In this document: positions 61,738 to 64,000 of the stretch, in pieces
Layout of the letters: each line of letters starts with the position of its first letter
How positions within the stretch are numbered: position 1 is the first letter of the stretch
DNA from: an uncultured Prevotellaceae bacterium
GTDB taxonomy: Bacteria; Bacteroidota; Bacteroidia; Bacteroidales; Bacteroidaceae
DNA length: 64,000 bases
Assembly: GCA_902776935.1 (NCBI GenBank)
Contig: CACYRS010000008.1
Location: 19,253-83,252, forward strand
Reading direction: 5' to 3'
Position numbers and translations under genes: made by a program
The notes under the pieces: generated by a model
What the model was told of the DNA's origin: nothing
The model's database searches: none
The model's input: the letters and a program-made list of their open reading frames with translations, nothing else

Positions 61738-63057
61738 ATGTTAACACTCAAACTCATTAGTGAGCAAACTGAACGTGTAGTTCGTGGCTTGGAGAAGAAG
61801 CATTTCAACAATGCACAGCAAGCCATCGATGAAGTACTGGCCGTAGACAAGAAACGCCGTGAGGCTCAGCAGGAACTCGACAAGTGCCTGAACGAGCAGA
61901 AACAGCTTTCTGGTCAGATTGGCCGATTGATGAAAGAAGGAAAGAAAGACGAGGCCGACCAGGTAAAGGCCCAGGTGGCTCAGCTCAAGGAGAAATCCAA
62001 GGAGCTTGACGATACGATGGCCAAGGCACAGGAAGAGATGACCACATTGCTCTGTCAGATTCCTAATATACCATACGATGAGGTTCCAGAAGGCAAGGCC
62101 GCTGAGGACAACCACGTGGTAAAATCAAATCTTAAGGAGTGTACCGATGCCGATACCGTTGGCAACTGGGATGTTAATCCCTCGCTGGGTATCGCCAATC
62201 CCTTGCCCCACTGGGAACTCGCCAAGAAATACAATCTCATCGACTTTGACCTCGGTGTGAAGATCACAGGTGCTGGATTCCCTGTTTATATCGGCAAGGG
62301 AGCCCGTCTGCAGCGCGCGCTGATTAACTTCTTCCTCGATGAGGCTCGTAAGGCTGGCTATACAGAGATCATGCCTCCAACGGTAGTGAACCAGGCTTCT
62401 GGTTATGGTACAGGTCAGCTGCCCGACAAGGAAGGTCAGATGTATCACTGTGAGGTTGACGACTTCTATCTTATTCCAACGGCTGAGGTACCAGTTACGA
62501 ATATCTATCGTGACGTCATCCTCGACGAGAAGGATCTGCCTATCAAGAACTGCGCCTATACACAATGTTTCCGTCGTGAGGCAGGAAGCTATGGTAAGGA
62601 CGTTCGCGGTTTGAACCGTCTGCATGAGTTCTCAAAGATTGAGATTGTGCGCATCGACAAGCCTGAGCACTCTAAGGAGAGCCATAAGGAGATGCTGGAG
62701 CATGTAGAGGGACTGCTTAAGAAGCTCGAGCTCCCATATCGCATCCTTCTGCTTTGCGGTGGCGATCAGAGCTTTACTAGCGCTATCTGCTATGACTTCG
62801 AGGTTTACTCTGAGGCTCAGGGTCGCTGGCTCGAGGTATCGTCAGTATCTAATTTCGACACCTATCAGGCCAACCGTCTGAAGTGCCGTTTCCGTCCTGA
62901 GGGAAGCAAGAAGCCTGAGCTCTGTCATACGCTCAACGGCTCTGCACTGGCTCTGCCTCGCATCGTTGCAGCCCTGTTGGAGAACAACCAGACGGAGAAT
63001 GGCATCAAGGTTCCAGCCGCCCTCGTTCCTTATATGGGCTGCGACATCATTGACTAA
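61738..63057 (+). CDS. serS: serine-tRNA ligase
   Basis: N-terminal coiled coil, LIPTAEVP, CFRREAGS.G, EVSSVSN, HTLNGS. Confidence 0.97.
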   Translation: MLTLKLISEQTERVVRGLEKKHFNNAQQAIDEVLAVDKKRREAQQELDKCLNEQKQLSGQIGRLMKEGKKDEADQVKAQVAQLKEKSKELDDTMAKAQEEMTTLLCQIPNIPYDEVPEGKAAEDNHVVKSNLKECTDADTVGNWDVNPSLGIANPLPHWELAKKYNLIDFDLGVKITGAGFPVYIGKGARLQRALINFFLDEARKAGYTEIMPPTVVNQASGYGTGQLPDKEGQMYHCEVDDFYLIPTAEVPVTNIYRDVILDEKDLPIKNCAYTQCFRREAGSYGKDVRGLNRLHEFSKIEIVRIDKPEHSKESHKEMLEHVEGLLKKLELPYRILLLCGGDQSFTSAICYDFEVYSEAQGRWLEVSSVSNFDTYQANRLKCRFRPEGSKKPELCHTLNGSALALPRIVAALLENNQTENGIKVPAALVPYMGCDIID

Positions 63058-63080
63058 TCACAATACAAAACTAAACGAAT

Positions 63081-64000
63081 ATGAACAAAATTGTAAGAAA
63101 AGAGCAATTCTCTGAGAAAGTATTTCTTTTTGAGATTGAGGCTCCGCTGATTGCAAAGAGTCGTAAGGCTGGTAACTTCGTGATCGTGCGTGTTGACAAA
63201 AAGGGTGAGCGTATGCCTCTGACCATCGCTGGTGCTGATATTGACAAAGGCACTATCACATTGGTGGTTCAGATGGTAGGTCTCTCCTCAAAGAAACTCT
63301 GTGAACTTGGCGAGGGTGACTTCGTGGCCGACGTGGTTGGTCCTCTGGGTAACCCCACACGCATAGAGAAATACGGTACAGTAGTATGTGCCGGTGGTGG
63401 TCTCGGTGTGGCTCCAATGCTGCCTATCATCCAGGCACTGAAGGCTGCTGGCAACAGGGTCCTCTCCGTAATGGCTGGTCGTAGCAAAGACCTGATTATC
63501 CTCGAGGATAAGGTTCGCGAGAGCTCTGACGAGGTAATCATCATGACCGATGATGGTAGCTACGGTGAGAAGGGTGTAGTAACCGTTGGTATGGAGAAAT
63601 TCTTCGAGCAGGAGCATGTCGATAAGGTATTTGCCATCGGTCCTCCAATCATGATGAAGTTCTCTAACCTCACCGCTCAGAAGCACAATATCCCCTGCGA
63701 AGTATCTTTGAACACAATCATGGTCGATGGTACTGGTATGTGTGGAGCATGTCGTCTGACTATCGGTGGCAAGACCAAGTTCGTCTGCATCGATGGTCCT
63801 GAGTTCGATGGTGCCCTCGTTGACTGGGACGAGATGTTCAAACGCATGGGTACCTTCAAGCGCGAGGAGCAGGAAGAGCTGGCTCATTACGAGGAGCATG
63901 TTGGCAATATCGATGAGAATGCTGATAAAGCTGCCAAGACAACAGATATCGTGATGGACGACGACCCGACCAACGATACCATCGAGATTCTGACAGACCG
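63081..64000 (+). CDS. NfnA-like / PyrK-like FAD-[2Fe-2S] subunit, probably fused to a GltD/NfnB-like domain; partial
   Basis: Not in the ORF track because there is no stop in the window. ERMPLTIA, GPLG, GGGLGVAP, MVDGTGMCGACR, CIDGPEF; frame stays open through a linker to the window end. Confidence 0.88.
   Translation, partial: MNKIVRKEQFSEKVFLFEIEAPLIAKSRKAGNFVIVRVDKKGERMPLTIAGADIDKGTITLVVQMVGLSSKKLCELGEGDFVADVVGPLGNPTRIEKYGTVVCAGGGLGVAPMLPIIQALKAAGNRVLSVMAGRSKDLIILEDKVRESSDEVIIMTDDGSYGEKGVVTVGMEKFFEQEHVDKVFAIGPPIMMKFSNLTAQKHNIPCEVSLNTIMVDGTGMCGACRLTIGGKTKFVCIDGPEFDGALVDWDEMFKRMGTFKREEQEELAHYEEHVGNIDENADKAAKTTDIVMDDDPTNDTIEILTD

Noticed and set aside
63081-64000. NfnA-like domain continuing past its usual end
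   Set aside because: The NfnA-NfnB (PyrK-GltD) fusion is well known in Bacteroidales, and the gene is cut by the window edge.

Overview
Core-genome window from a Bacteroidales chromosome, most likely Prevotella/Xylanibacter-like. This is inferred from gene order, the lpxC-fabZ and nfnA-nfnB fusions, and frequent TAnnTTTG -7 promoter boxes. It holds about 58 mostly housekeeping CDSs (translation, lipid A, purine/pyrimidine, branched-chain amino acids, methylmalonyl-CoA/propionate, ftsK, PBP1A) and 5 tRNAs. I saw no transposase, integrase, prophage or CRISPR array. Points of interest: (1) a ~640 bp intergenic element at 13.35-13.99 kb with convergent CGTCT arrays, an 18 bp perfect inverted repeat, an AT-rich palindromic core, and then a promoter and a 9-codon gene stub; (2) a LeuD-citramalate synthase fusion in a leu operon preceded by an unannotated Leu/Ile leader-peptide attenuator; (3) an unannotated 49 aa anchor-less OadG/MmdD-like subunit in an mmd operon with no beta subunit; (4) a candidate ~88 nt sRNA upstream of rplU; (5) a sigma-54-type promoter before htpG, next to an atypical short sigma-70 paralogue; (6) short deletions damaging rpmG and rpmA, possibly assembly artefacts. 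All homology calls come from motif recognition; no database search was run.
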